Positions 14,320-26,839 of a stretch of DNA of 64,000 nucleotides are shown here, piece by piece. This stretch comes from Camelus dromedarius (taxonomy: Eukaryota). Position numbers and translations under genes: made by a program. The notes below the pieces were generated by a model. The model was given only the letters and a program-made list of their open reading frames with translations, was not told the origin of the DNA and did not search any database. Each line of letters opens with the position of its first letter. Positions within the stretch are counted from its first letter, which is position 1. Location: the NCBI RefSeq assembly GCF_036321535.1, contig NC_087436.1, positions 48,734,001-48,798,000 of the forward strand, read 5' to 3'.

Positions 14320-14370
14320 CTTTGAGCTGGCACCTTATTCTGGCTATTCTCTGCCTTAAGACGTAGAAAG
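14320..14370 (-). CDS. NPNT: NPNT alternative cassette exon, (P)FYVLRQRIARIRCQLK(A); 51 nt, frame-preserving
   Basis: Acceptor tgttttgcag|CT and donor AAAG|gttaga, phase 1-1, no stop. Matches the 17-aa insert of long NPNT isoforms as I recall it. Confidence 0.9.
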
Positions 14371-17300
14371 CTGCAAAACAAATGTCCAAAAAAAGAAATT
14401 CCAGATCTTTTCTCTGTAAGGAGGCTGGACTTGGGTATTTATCAACTTGTTACATTCCCGGAGACTTACACATATGCAACTTTCAGTGCTTTTCTGAAAC
14501 AAAAAAAAAAATCTAGGACATGTTTAAAATAGTAATATTTTAGTCACCATTCTGTCATTAAAAAACATTTTGTAACAAAAATTTTACCCAATAATTGAAG
14601 TTGTGCTATTCTTTCACAGTTCAAATTCTAAATTAAAATATTCCAGACCTTTTGTGACACTGTACCTTCCAATCCAATTTTTCATTTTCAGAGTATTAAT
14701 TTTTGGTTCCAAGAGACAGTATCCTTTTATTTAAATGAGTGTTGGACAAAATATCTGAAAAAAATTAAAACTTTTGATCAATTAGTAACCAAGGCTGGTA
14801 GTTTTTAAATTGAGAGAGCTTTACTTACCTGTTTCTTACATACTGTGTGTTCCCTTTTCTCTCCAACTTTGGGGAGGAAATATTAAGGTTTTTCTTTCCT
14901 TCCACGGCACTTTCTTCTTGCATGGCTGCTTTGGTTGTCAATAGCAACAAGAATTAGTGCGAAAGCTCAGCCATTTCACTTTAAGATACATAGATCACCG
15001 AGTTTTATGAAAGTAAATGGAAGAAACTTGAAACACTACTAATAATGGTCAGGGATTGACCAGCCTAGAGATTCTAGAAGTAAGAGGAGAGATGATTTTA
15101 TTCCTTCTTTTCTGGTAATGCTTTTCCTTTACAAAGCATAAAATATTCACTTTAACTTTCCAGTTGTGTATTTGTTTGTATAATTTAAAATTAGGTGAAT
15201 GAAGCCTCCTTTTCAGTAATATCAGAAGAAAAAATCCTAAGGCCAATTTGATTTAATTAAAGTAATAATTTAACTATTGATCCAGAATGACTGCTCTGTA
15301 TTTTTAAAAGCATACATTTTACATTTGCTTGTTAGAGTTTTTTTTTTCATGTTGGCTAGATTTAAAACAAATTAGTGTTTTGTTTTTATTGTTGCTGTTG
15401 CTAACTTTAAAAGAACTCACCATATCTTGATGTTGACACATTTCTTAAAATAATGAAATATATCAGGCACAATCTAAGCAAAAAGCGGAAAATAAAGCAT
15501 AAATTGCAACTTATATTCTGGATCACATATGAAAGAAAACTGTTTATGACTAGGGTTATGTATGAATAGGGGAAAATATAAAAGGATACCGTTTCTTTAA
15601 TACTCTAAAATGCCAATTTTGAATAATCTAGTTTATTAAGAAAAATATATTAAATAAAGGTGAAACAAGTCAATAAAGAATAGCAAACATCATTATTTTC
15701 TAACTAGTTATATTAGTACCAAGCAGGTAAACAGTTCTGTATAGTCTTTGTCTCATAATATCTTGAAGTTGGGTCACATTTCTCTTCCTTAACATAAATC
15801 AGCCTTGCCACACATAGATTTAGAAATTTTAAGGTATCAATAGTTATATCCATTAAATAAGACTTCTAGCATGAAATTTTAGCCAATGTCCCATATTCTA
15901 AAATTTGCATTTTAAAACTATACAAAACTGCATTTTAAATCAAAGCAATGTTAAACCTGGAATAGGTTATCTCCACAAAGTTTTGGAGGTCTAGTCTTTG
16001 TTGACACATAAGGAAATTTTCACATCACTACAATTTTTGTGAAAGTTGCTGAAAATAAATGCCCTACATGTATTTTTTTCTGGTATAAACCCCACTGTGG
16101 AGAGCACTAAAATTGGATTCATCAGTAGTACATAATACAGAAAAATCAGCCCATTTTCTCCTGATGATCTGTTTCCCTGCAGCCATTGTAAAACAGCCAC
16201 AGTGGTCAGCATGGGCAAGCCTGTCAACCAAGTTCACAGCTGTAGGACTCTCTCCTGTGACTCGCCCCCGACCACTGCTTCAGCTCATCTGAGGGCTCTC
16301 AGTGACTCTCTGCGCCTTCCTAGGGTTCTCAGTGATCTCAGGCATGGCTAAAGATCTGAAGATTTTATAAAACTGTAATTAACACAAACTACAAAAACTA
16401 AACTATTAGGGGATGACTAAACACAGGTTTACAGATCTGGAGTCAATCCTGGGCTTTGGACAGTGTTAAGGAAAATGAGGGATAAGAAACCCAGAAAATT
16501 GAGCCCCTTCATTATCTGAAGGTACCCCTATCTTCTAATGTATTGTTCAATTTACTGTAATGCATTATAAAATGCTCAAATATTAGGCAAGCACAACCTT
16601 TGAAAAGGAAATAATAAAACGCTTCAGACTAAGATGACTGATGCAGTTACTATACGATCCAGACGGGAGTCGCACAGCCTCTTAAGCATAGTGCACGCCC
16701 CTCCGTACAGGTAACAAATGCCAGGTATGCAGATGAAAGGGAAGGGTCCTCCTTGCCACTGTACGTCTACCTCCCAACCCTAATCTCCAACTGGAAAAAG
16801 TAGTAACTCCAAGAATTTCCCCATACCATACCCTAACCCTAAATTTCATGTGTTTCTCATTGTCAAAAAAGTTAGTATTAGCCTGGCAAATTCTATTCAT
16901 AGACAACTCTCCAACGCTGAACATTTATAACACCAACACCCAGGATAACAGATCTCATGAATAGCATTCTGAGTCAGAAGCTGGATGATCCTAACTTTCA
17001 GTTCATTATTTTCTAAGCATTAAAGCTATAGAATTCATCAGACCGCAACACAAGACTAGAGAACAGGACATTTAGCAAATCTACAAATCATTTCTTCATA
17101 ATTTTGTATTTTCTTCCCCAAATTTAATTGTTTCAAAAGCAATTCTGCCTTAATTAGGAAATAAAACTATACAGGGGAGTATCTTAATTCTTGACCATAC
17201 ACAGACACCAAGATACAATGAACTTTTTAATTCATCAATGATTTAAAAACTCAGTTCAAGGGACAAAGGACTTGCAACCACCATTATATAAATATTTCAT

Positions 17301-20300
17301 GGTATTTCACAAAGAAAATCAGACGAACTTGGGACAATTTATCCAGTAGGAAATTTAGCCATAGTAAGTTATATAAAAGCCAACTCTAAATACCCATGTA
17401 CATTAAAAAAATACAACTAAGCATAAGCTGCAGTTTGTTGTCTTCTATTATTTGCTATTTGTTGGCATGAAAGCATTTGGCAGACAATTACCAAGTACCT
17501 GGGAAATCTAAACACCGAAATAAAACAGGAGGCACCAAAGGCTTTAGAAAAATATTTTGGGTGGGAGGAAACACATTCATGAAGTCTATCCAAAGGAGTT
17601 AGTTTCTATAAATTTAGCAACACACCTTTGACCATTTAGGGATTTTTCCACAGAAACTGAATTTGAAAACTCTGATTTATGAAAACAAGACTAAGGATTT
17701 TTGAAAAATAACATTGTTTCTGGCAAAGTGAACATAAATCCAGAAATGTCCAATTTTTTCCTCTTTTGTGTATATGAGCACAAATTTAAACCGTGATGAC
17801 ATAGCTCCTAAAAGTTCAGAATAAGTCAATAATATTTACAAAAGACAACCCTAACTTTGTGATTTGATGATGTTACAAAAGGAAAACACTGTCAGTTCTG
17901 GAGAATTTATGTCATTAATCTACAGAATCCTTAAAGAGATATTGATCAAATGCAGTGTTCAGTTTTAAAATTTAGTTGACTCTAGATTATGCTCATGCAA
18001 ATCACCTACAGCAAATCCTTAGTCTCAAATTGACTTTCCCCTGCCATCTGGTACCTACCAAGGCTCTCTTCAGCCTTTGGTTAATACATGGCAGAAAATG
18101 AGGGCTTCTAATTAAATAGAATTAGGAAGAAAACTGTTTCCTCTCCAAAATCAAGTACTATCTTCTAAAGCTAAGAAACCAATTTGATTATTCATATCTC
18201 TTCCTCCTATCGGAGTTAACAATATCTTCCTATCTTCCTCCTATCGGAGTTAACAATAACAGGTTGACTTAACAGTGTTTCATCAGGCTAAGTTAAAACT
18301 AAAATTCTTGAGAGTATTTACAAAAGACTATAGAATGAACATAGATATCTGTCACTATTTTACTATACTACTTTTACTACTTTATCACATGTGGGCTGTA
18401 ATGTACTCCTTTATCCTGGCTTTATCACGAATTTTAATAGTAATTATATTATGACCCTAGTTATCTCAATTATGCTCTGGTAGTAATTAAGTGATGAAAC
18501 TCGAAAATTTTAAATGAAGCTTTAGTGCATTAAAATGCACTAAATATAATTTATGCACTAAACATAACTTAAAATGTCCAATATAAATTTCTTTGTATTT
18601 TGTATTACTTAACTGAACTCTATACCTTGTAACAGACCAATTTTTTAGTAACTAGGTATATGTTTTGCAACCAGTTTGCTCTAGTGGATTCCTAGGGACC
18701 CACTGTCACTCACATGAGGCCTATGCTACAGTATTTTTCTATGGTCAGTGATAGATACCACTTTGAAATTTTCTCAAGCCGAATTATCTTGGCTGCATTC
18801 TATTACCTGTGACAATTTATCATTTATTGATTCCCATGAAGAAGTGAAAGATCTTGACCCTGGCAATGTAAATTCCTCAGCACCCATCCAGGTTGATAGA
18901 GTGTGACAATTCTTGGACAGGTTAGATTTTTGGTTGGTGCTGATCTCTGAGGAAAGGCATTCAAAGCCATAATTCCCCCCCAAATGTATCCTCCATCAAA
19001 GGATAAGGGGCACCTACTGGGAAGGTGCCCTCTCAAGACATATGTTGAGTCATCTTTTTTTTTTTTTTTTTTTTTTTTTTGGAGAGAGAGAGAGATTCTC
19101 CCAGGGCATATGTGCATCAGGGTTCCCAGTTGCACTGCCCCTGGAGCTTCTGGAGTGCATGAGAATTAACCTTCCTCATACCCCAGTGAAAAGAAGTTAA
19201 GTTTGTGTCTGGATGGTGACATGAGACTCTACTTTGAGTCTGTTCAGGCCTAAGTGGCTTATTTAAGGCAGCTCTCCACAAGATCCAGGTGAACTAAGGT
19301 AAAACCTCAGGGTCATTTTGGCTCCTCTGCACACCTATAACACTCAGGAGCTTTGGGGAAACAAGCACTGGCCAAAGATTTTGTTGTTTCTGGGTTCACT
19401 GGCTCCTACTTCATAAAACAGCATAAGTAGGAAAAATGATGCCTGGAAGCAATGTTTGTGCTTCACTTCTTACTCCAAGCCATAATTTGCCTGGAAATGA
19501 GTAAGTACATACAAAATGGTGATGGCTTTATATATTTATATCCAACGAACACAAAAATTATACTCATACAAAGTTGATATAAAAACTTTTCCCACTGATT
19601 TCTTTGCAGAACCTCTTTCTACCAGGACTGATCCTGAGAGACACCTATCTGCACTCCAATCCCAGTGCCTCTGGGTACCAACAAACTCCATCAACCACAA
19701 ACTGATCTTTAAAATGCATAGGTTAAAAAAAGAGAAAAAATATATGGACTAGCTTTTAATTAATAATACAGCAAACCTGATGTTGTCAGAGATCCCAACC
19801 TGAAACTGTCTTGTCCAATCTGGAATCGTCCAACCAAAGCCCTATACCATTCACCTGTCACTGCTGGACACTCTGGGTTGAATGAAGCTGAGCCGTCAGA
19901 AAGCTAAGCATGCACCATGCTTCTTAAGCTGCATCCAGAACAGCGGCCCATGAACTGCACTTCCAGAGTAAGGGCTTCATCTTAGGTTGGAGATCTTCCA
20001 CGGAACAGCTTTACAGAACCACCCCTGGCTTTAGGATAAACAAGTTATGGTAACCACTTCCACACCATCATTCACCCCCACCCTGTGAGGGACCACATGA
20101 AAGTCTTCTTTCAGAACTGTGTGGGAAAAGCCATAATTTCCCCCAAATCACTGGTTTGCTTTTTCTCTAACAAACAACATGAATTATATGAGCAATAAAA
20201 CTTCCCTTTTTCCTTTGGCTAGCAGAAACTAAGAGCCAAATTATGAAATATAATTTAAATTCCATGGCTTATATATCTGCATTTATTAACTCTCCTCCTA

Positions 20301-23300
20301 ACATCTTACCTTTTATTCTATCCTTTTTTCTTCCTCTTGCCTGTGTTAATTCTATTTTTCTATTTTATTGCATTCATTCCTGGAAGCCACTTCATGTTCT
20401 TTCCCAAACAAGGGAGGACATAAAAATATAGAAATAAATCCATTCTATTCATCTTTTAAGGTATCTTCTAAGGAATAAAAAATAGAAAGTAACTGAATGG
20501 AAGGTTTCTGCTCTGTCATATCACCCATAATTTAATCTTCTTTAAGTTATATATTTTAGATAAGAAAATTTATAAACATCAAATGAAATCATTTCAATAA
20601 CTGTACTTACATAAAAATAGTATGTCTTTGTAACTCTCCCACATCTATATGTATGTAGTAGTGATGGTGAATATGTAAAGATATTCACTGCAGCATATTT
20701 TGTAAAAACAAGATATTGGAAACTACTTAAATGTGCATAATTTCAAATTAATTATGGTACATTCAAAAGAAATATGATATATACTGAAAAGAATGAGTCA
20801 GGTTTACATGAACTGATAAGGACTGGCTTCTGAAATGTAGTATTATATGAAAAAAGAAGGTACAGACTACTTCCTACTCCATGTCATCATTTTATGAACA
20901 AGGAAAATTTGGGTAATGCGTAGAAATCTCTGCAAAGATCAATAGTGGTTGCCTGCTGGGGGTTGGACCTAGGTGTCAGGAAAACAGGGAAGTTAGAAAG
21001 ATTTACCTTCACTGCCTCTCTCTCTCCCAGTCTGGGTCTTTTAATTTTTAACTTATGTATGCATTTCTTATTTTTTTAAATAATAAGATGATTAAAGATA
21101 TAATTGGAATAAGGATTAGGATAATTAATGGAAATGATATGCACCTACAGTTTAAAAGTCACTTTTAAAAAGTACTTTGGTACAATAGTTAAACATTTCA
21201 TGAAAACATTTATAACAGATATAACATATCATATAACATAACATGATGTCCCAAAAAACTATTCTGATATCAAAACTCTATACAGTCCTCCCTAATAGGT
21301 TACTGGGTATAGTAAAAAAAGCAAACACTATATACAAGCTGTAAAAATTATGTGTTGAACCATAAAGATAATGAAAGGTCAATGAATTAAGCAAGTCCTA
21401 AAAGAATGTGTGACTCTTTCTTACAAGTAAAAATGACTTCACATCCAGAAAAAGTAGACAACTGATAGGCGGGAAGCCAGGTGAAGGTCCTGGCTAATGG
21501 ACAAGCCTCACCCCATCCTCCCAATCAGGTGCCTATAGTCTAAGAATAAACAGATGAAAAATGGGGGCAGAGGGACTTTCACTGACTTGTCAGAGGATTT
21601 TTTGGGCAAAGAGTAGGGATCAGAACATCGTAGCATCAAGCAACAGATCAGATTCTGAATACAGGACTGCAAGAGACTTAAGTCAGCACTGTAATCCAGT
21701 CTTCCCTTTACCTACTTACTACCAGCCACAATTTTGCTTGGAGAAGTTCCAAGCACCAGTCTACTTATATGAAGAATATGTTACACATTTTTACTACCAA
21801 GTAAGAAACCAATGGCCAACTGGTCAAAATTACAACTGCATATGTCAGTGGGCCACATATGAAAAGTTATCTTGCAGAAATACTATAACGCATGCAAAAC
21901 AATATTTTTTCAATGTATGTTCAAGGTTGCTTACTTTAAAATTGTTTGTATTAGCAAAAGATTAGAATAAACATAAATGTCCATCAATAAGAAACTGGTT
22001 AGTATATTATGGTACAGTGTAATACTACACATCCATAAATAAGTTACCAGGCTCTTCGTGTGCTGATGATAAAGAAAGCCTTTCAAGGTGCATTTTTAAG
22101 AAAAAGAAGCAAGGTAAAGAATGGCATACACAGTATGCTTTTATTTGCATAAAAGGGGTGAGAGTGAAGATATATAGGAATTTGCCCATAAGTAAGTAAA
22201 ATATTTCTAAAAGGTATACCAAAAGCTGGTAGTATTTAATGCTCTGAGGAGGGGTATTTGAGAAAATGAATGCATTTTCTCTTATAAAAATAAATAAATA
22301 TTTTTAAAAGACTGATAGGAAAATTTTAAGGCCTGCACAAAATTGGTGGAAAAGGGGCAGAAGCATCTGCTATGGTGGTGGGGGAGGGGGGATGATGAAG
22401 ATGATCAGAACCCTTCTCTCCTTCCCTCCCACCTCCTGCGATGAAGGCCCAGCCCCTGTGATGGATGTCTTCCATTTCTCTCTGAAGGAAACTGCAGGGA
22501 ATCACTCAACATCACTGGATTGTCGCTTTAAAAGCATGCGGTGGATTCAACTGACTGGAAATGCATATAACGTGAATTCTACTGATGAAAACCATTACAA
22601 ATGCTATAGGAGAGGAGATGGGGAAGCACACCTATATTTTCCAAGGCTTATCAAAAAAGTTTCCAAGTAGCAAAAAGTATTGTTTCCGGGCCAGAAGTGC
22701 CCCCTCAGTACCAGGAACCGGGTGCGCACGCATGGGCACTTTAAGGCAGCATCTCCTTGTATTTGAGAGCAGATCTAACAGCTGAATTTGCAGCCAGGAA
22801 AGTGCTTTCCTTTACTTGGTTTGACCTCCCCGCCTGAGAAAGTGCTAAAATCTCTAGTCCATCAAGGTTAAGATCTGCCCAAATTAATTTATGAGGGGAT
22901 CTTAGGAAATTAATAGATCTCAATAGTATTATATAAAGATCAGTTCTAATGTGTGGGCAGAAAATGAAGGAACAAGGTAATTTCTGTGAAACTTAATTTT
23001 CAAGACGACACATACTCCAAAACTACCTATGGGAAAAGGTCAGACTTCTTCAACACTGATTTTAGTTTGGAATCTGCATTCCAAGACCACTTGAAGTTAC
23101 CCAGAGTGCATGCTGTTCTTAAATAACTTTTGCATGGAAAGTGGTGGTTGGATAATCTTAATTGAAAACTTCACTTCCTAAGGATCTGGAGATTCATACT
23201 GAGCATTGGAAGGAGTTCTAAAACTGCCCACTGCCTTGCATTTATTCCTACCTCAAAAAAAAAAAAAAAAAAAACCCACACGATTTTGCACTCTCACCCC

Positions 23301-26274
23301 AAAATGAGAGGAGGGAGCTAACAAGCATTAAGATGGTGAGGCGTGCTCAGCATAATTAAACTGGCCCAGGACTTGCTGGCATCTTCAACCCGGCTCTGCA
23401 TGGCACAACCTGCCTTGAGACTCCCGCTGATACCCAGAGTGGGTGTGACTGTATGGGTATAAAAAGCTGCTTTATTTATAAAATGCTGATTCATGATCAG
23501 TGAAGGTTGCCATCGTTGTTGAATACTAATGGGAAGGCATTTACTAGGAATAACATTTTTGTGAAGGAACAATTTGTGTGACCTTCCAAGCTGCTTCCAA
23601 TATTTCTTATTTACTTTAGACTATTTTAAAGAAAGTGTTCAAAATCTAAATAATCAAAGGAGGGTGTAATCTATATAATTTTGTGACCAGGACAGGAAAT
23701 CAACAACCAATATAGGGAGCAAAAATTAATAAATCATGTTCCCTTTATGAGGCTGATTTCTGAAGTCAGATACAAATAAGGAAGGACATATGAAATTTAA
23801 GTGTTTCATTAACTAAATCAAAATTCTCTGCTGAAAGTAATAACCTTTTCTTTTGAAATACAGAAAGAATTCAACAATTTGCTCATCATTCCTTCTAGTG
23901 GTCCATGATCATTAGCCAGTAATTTACATTACCAGTGAAGTTATCTGATTTGACAACTCCAAAACAGTTTCAGAATGAATTAGTTTCTCGGTCCTTAAGT
24001 TGCACCAACCAGTAAGCTTATCTAATGCTGATAAGAGTCCAAAATTTTCACTTGACATGGCAACTGTACAGTTGTAGAGAGGAGGCAGGAGGAGATGAGG
24101 TTTAGAACAAATAGAGCAAAGTCAAACTTTAGGTGTGGGTTCTACATCTTCCCAAAATCTCCAAAGAAACAAAATAAAATATCTGCATATTGCCTGGTCT
24201 TAAGGAAAAAAGGACACAAAACCACCCTCATTCACATAATTTCCTTCAGAAGCCACAAATTGCTAAATGACAGCCAAAGAACTCAAAAACTGAATAGCTG
24301 TGTTGAGACCTAGAACTAGCTGTATTTTGAGTTTTTCTTCGCATCTCTACAAAGTGCTTTAACTAGAAACACAACAGTCAGAGCCACATATATAGCCAAG
24401 TCTCCAAGTAGACAGGATGGCCACACAGAAGTGCAACATTGAGATCCTGTACGGTCTTCTCAATACTAAGGAAGTTCTCAAATGGAGTTTAGAGCTGCAA
24501 TACCCCTCACACCTTAAACCCACTTGTACAACGGGAAAACTGCAGCTGAGCACAGTGTTAACAGTGAATCAGGTACAAAAGTCAGGGCTCGACTCAGCTG
24601 TCCCAAACTGGAGAGTGCTTTTAGTTAAGAACTGTTTTCACAGCATACACGGCTTTTTAAAATCAGATAAACAAACCCTGAGAAATCATTGTTACAGACA
24701 TCGCCACTTTGTAGTAGAGAAATTGTTAAATACGTAAAGTTAATATGATGGAGAAGTTAAGGTACAGAATAATCACAGAGCAAGAAATGAGTATTTCGTG
24801 ACAATCTGAGTGATTAAGGTGCCATGCGATACAAATATGTAACCATCAGTGTGTTAGGAGCATATCAGGAATATTTCCCCTTTACAAAATCAAGAGCCAC
24901 ATCAACAGTCAATAAAGGTAAAGCCCAAGACAATTAATTTTGAATTCTCAACATGTAGAGATCTGTTTATGAGTCAAGAAAACAAAACAAAGAATCAAAA
25001 GATAGAAAGAAGGTGAGGTTATGACCTATAGGAGAACAAAGAAAACATAACCTGCCTATTTCTGGAACAGGTCGTGCCCTCCGCAGGTGGGAGGGGATCT
25101 GGGTCGCAGGGGAAGGAAGCAGGAGGTAAGCTCCTGTGCTTGTGTGGGTAACGTCTCTGATCCTTCCTTCCTCAGCCCCAGAGGGAAGGACGGGAAGTCT
25201 GGCTGAATGTGGCCTCGTGGCTGAGCCACGCAAGCCCCTTGCCATGTTCGTCGTCCTCTCTGAAGACCACAAGTCCACGAAACGGGGCGGGGGGGGGGAG
25301 CAAGTGAAAGTGAAACGCACCATGCTTCGTGTAAACGCATATATACCCGACTCACATGAAGGCTGAGTCAAAACGGCTCTCATATGCTCAACCAAATGGA
25401 ATAAACACTCACCAAAGGGTCACTGCACTGGGGTGTGAGCTCTAACAAGCAATACCAGAGGGTATGGCCGCCCCAACTTGCACATCTTCTCAGGGGCAAA
25501 TTGGAAGGTTCTGTGTGTAGGTGGGGACAGTTTCCTTTGGCTTTGCTATGCTGATTTGAAGGAAAATTCTAAAGTGAATCATTCAAAAATGAGAACCAGG
25601 GCACCTTTGATAAGGGAGGGAGAGTGCTCCTTGTGGCAAAGAACTCTGAGATTATCCGAGGGTCAAAGGCAAAAACATTTTTCACATTAAATTTCTCAGA
25701 AGCTGTTTGGAATGTTTATAGGTAACCCATTACCAGATGTAATTGTTAAAGAACAGCAAGGCATTTTCCTGGAATAAATGTAGTGACAAAGGCTTTAATT
25801 TCACAGATGCTTTCTTGAGAAACTAATCAGGAGGTTTCCATTTGTCCCCAACAAGCCTCTTTTTGGTCCTGTTCTTCCTTCTCACTTTGAGCTGACCTCT
25901 GGCCCCCACCTTCCTCTACCTCTTTATAGCAAAATGAAAACAGAAGGGATCACTGAACTGGCGAGAGGCATTTGGACCATCTGAGATTGTGGAAAAATAA
26001 AACACAGGCAAGGAAACATCCATCTTTGAACTCATTTTTACAACTCCGCCATCTACAATATTAATGGTAGGGATCCATCTGGCCCTTTTTAGTTTAAAGG
26101 CATTTTATTGCAACACAGAAAACCTTGGAACCATTTGTTAAATTTTGGCAGTATAAATGCAAAAATACATATATCATGCCTAAAGAACAAAGAATCGGAT
26201 AGCACGGGCACGTCCCATGCCACAACTCTGTTTCAAAAGCAGTATTCCTTTACATTTCTTTCATTTCACCAAAC

Positions 26275-26520
26275 ATACATTTAGTATTTACTCTATGCCA
26301 GGAGTAGTTTTAAGTGCTTTACAAATAACAACTTATTTAGACTTTGTTATGGTCCTTTGAGGTATAGTTCTATTTTAGATCCGTTTTAGAGATGAGGAAA
26401 AGAAAGCACGGAGGGACTGAATGACCCGCTCAAGGTCACACAGCTAAAAAGACGTGGAACTAATTTAAACCCAGGCAGTCTAGCTCCAGAGTTCACGTTC
26501 TCTCCATTATGCTGCCCCTC
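26275..26520. mobile_element. MIR SINE
   Basis: tttactctatgccagg...gttttagagatgaggaaa...caaggtcacacagct...aaacccaggcagtctagctccagag. Confidence 0.85.
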
Positions 26521-26648
26521 AAACTTTCACCAAATCTAAGTTAAGGTAGACTGTGATTTGGGCTCATCGCCTTACACATTTATTACCCTTTCACTAATTA
26601 ACTCATGCCATGTTTCAGCTTCCTCAGATTCAATAACAAGAAGGAAAA

Positions 26649-26839
26649 GATACCATATATAAAAATAGATAAACAACAAGGTCCTACTGTACAACCCAGG
26701 GAATCATATTCAACACTCTGTAATGGCCTATAATGAAAAAGAATATGAAAAGAAATATGTATATATATGTAAAACTGAGTCATTATGCTGTACACCAGAA
26801 ATAAACAACATTGTAAATTGACTGTAATTTTAAAAAAAT
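26649..26839 (+). mobile_element. 5'-truncated L1 3' end (cetartiodactyl-type)
   Basis: ataaacaacaaggtcctactgtaca...ctgagtcattatgctgtacaccagaa...ttgtaaattgact followed by an A tail. TSD aagaaggaaaa at 26638-26648 and 26840-26850. Confidence 0.88.

Noticed and set aside
14829..14923. MQEESAVEGKK... as an alternative in-frame NPNT N-terminus
   Set aside because: It ends in phase 2 while downstream exons start in phase 1, so the joined frame stops within exon 3. Kept only as a candidate non-productive exon.
18199..18258. Repeat-spacer-repeat pattern reminiscent of CRISPR
   Set aside because: Only two units, an 8-nt self-derived spacer, mammalian context and no cas genes.
19007..19080. Short GC hairpin followed by a T26 tract (terminator-like)
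   Set aside because: Intrinsic terminators are bacterial, the T-tract is separated from the stem, and I found no TSD or retroposon body. Treated as a simple homopolymer.
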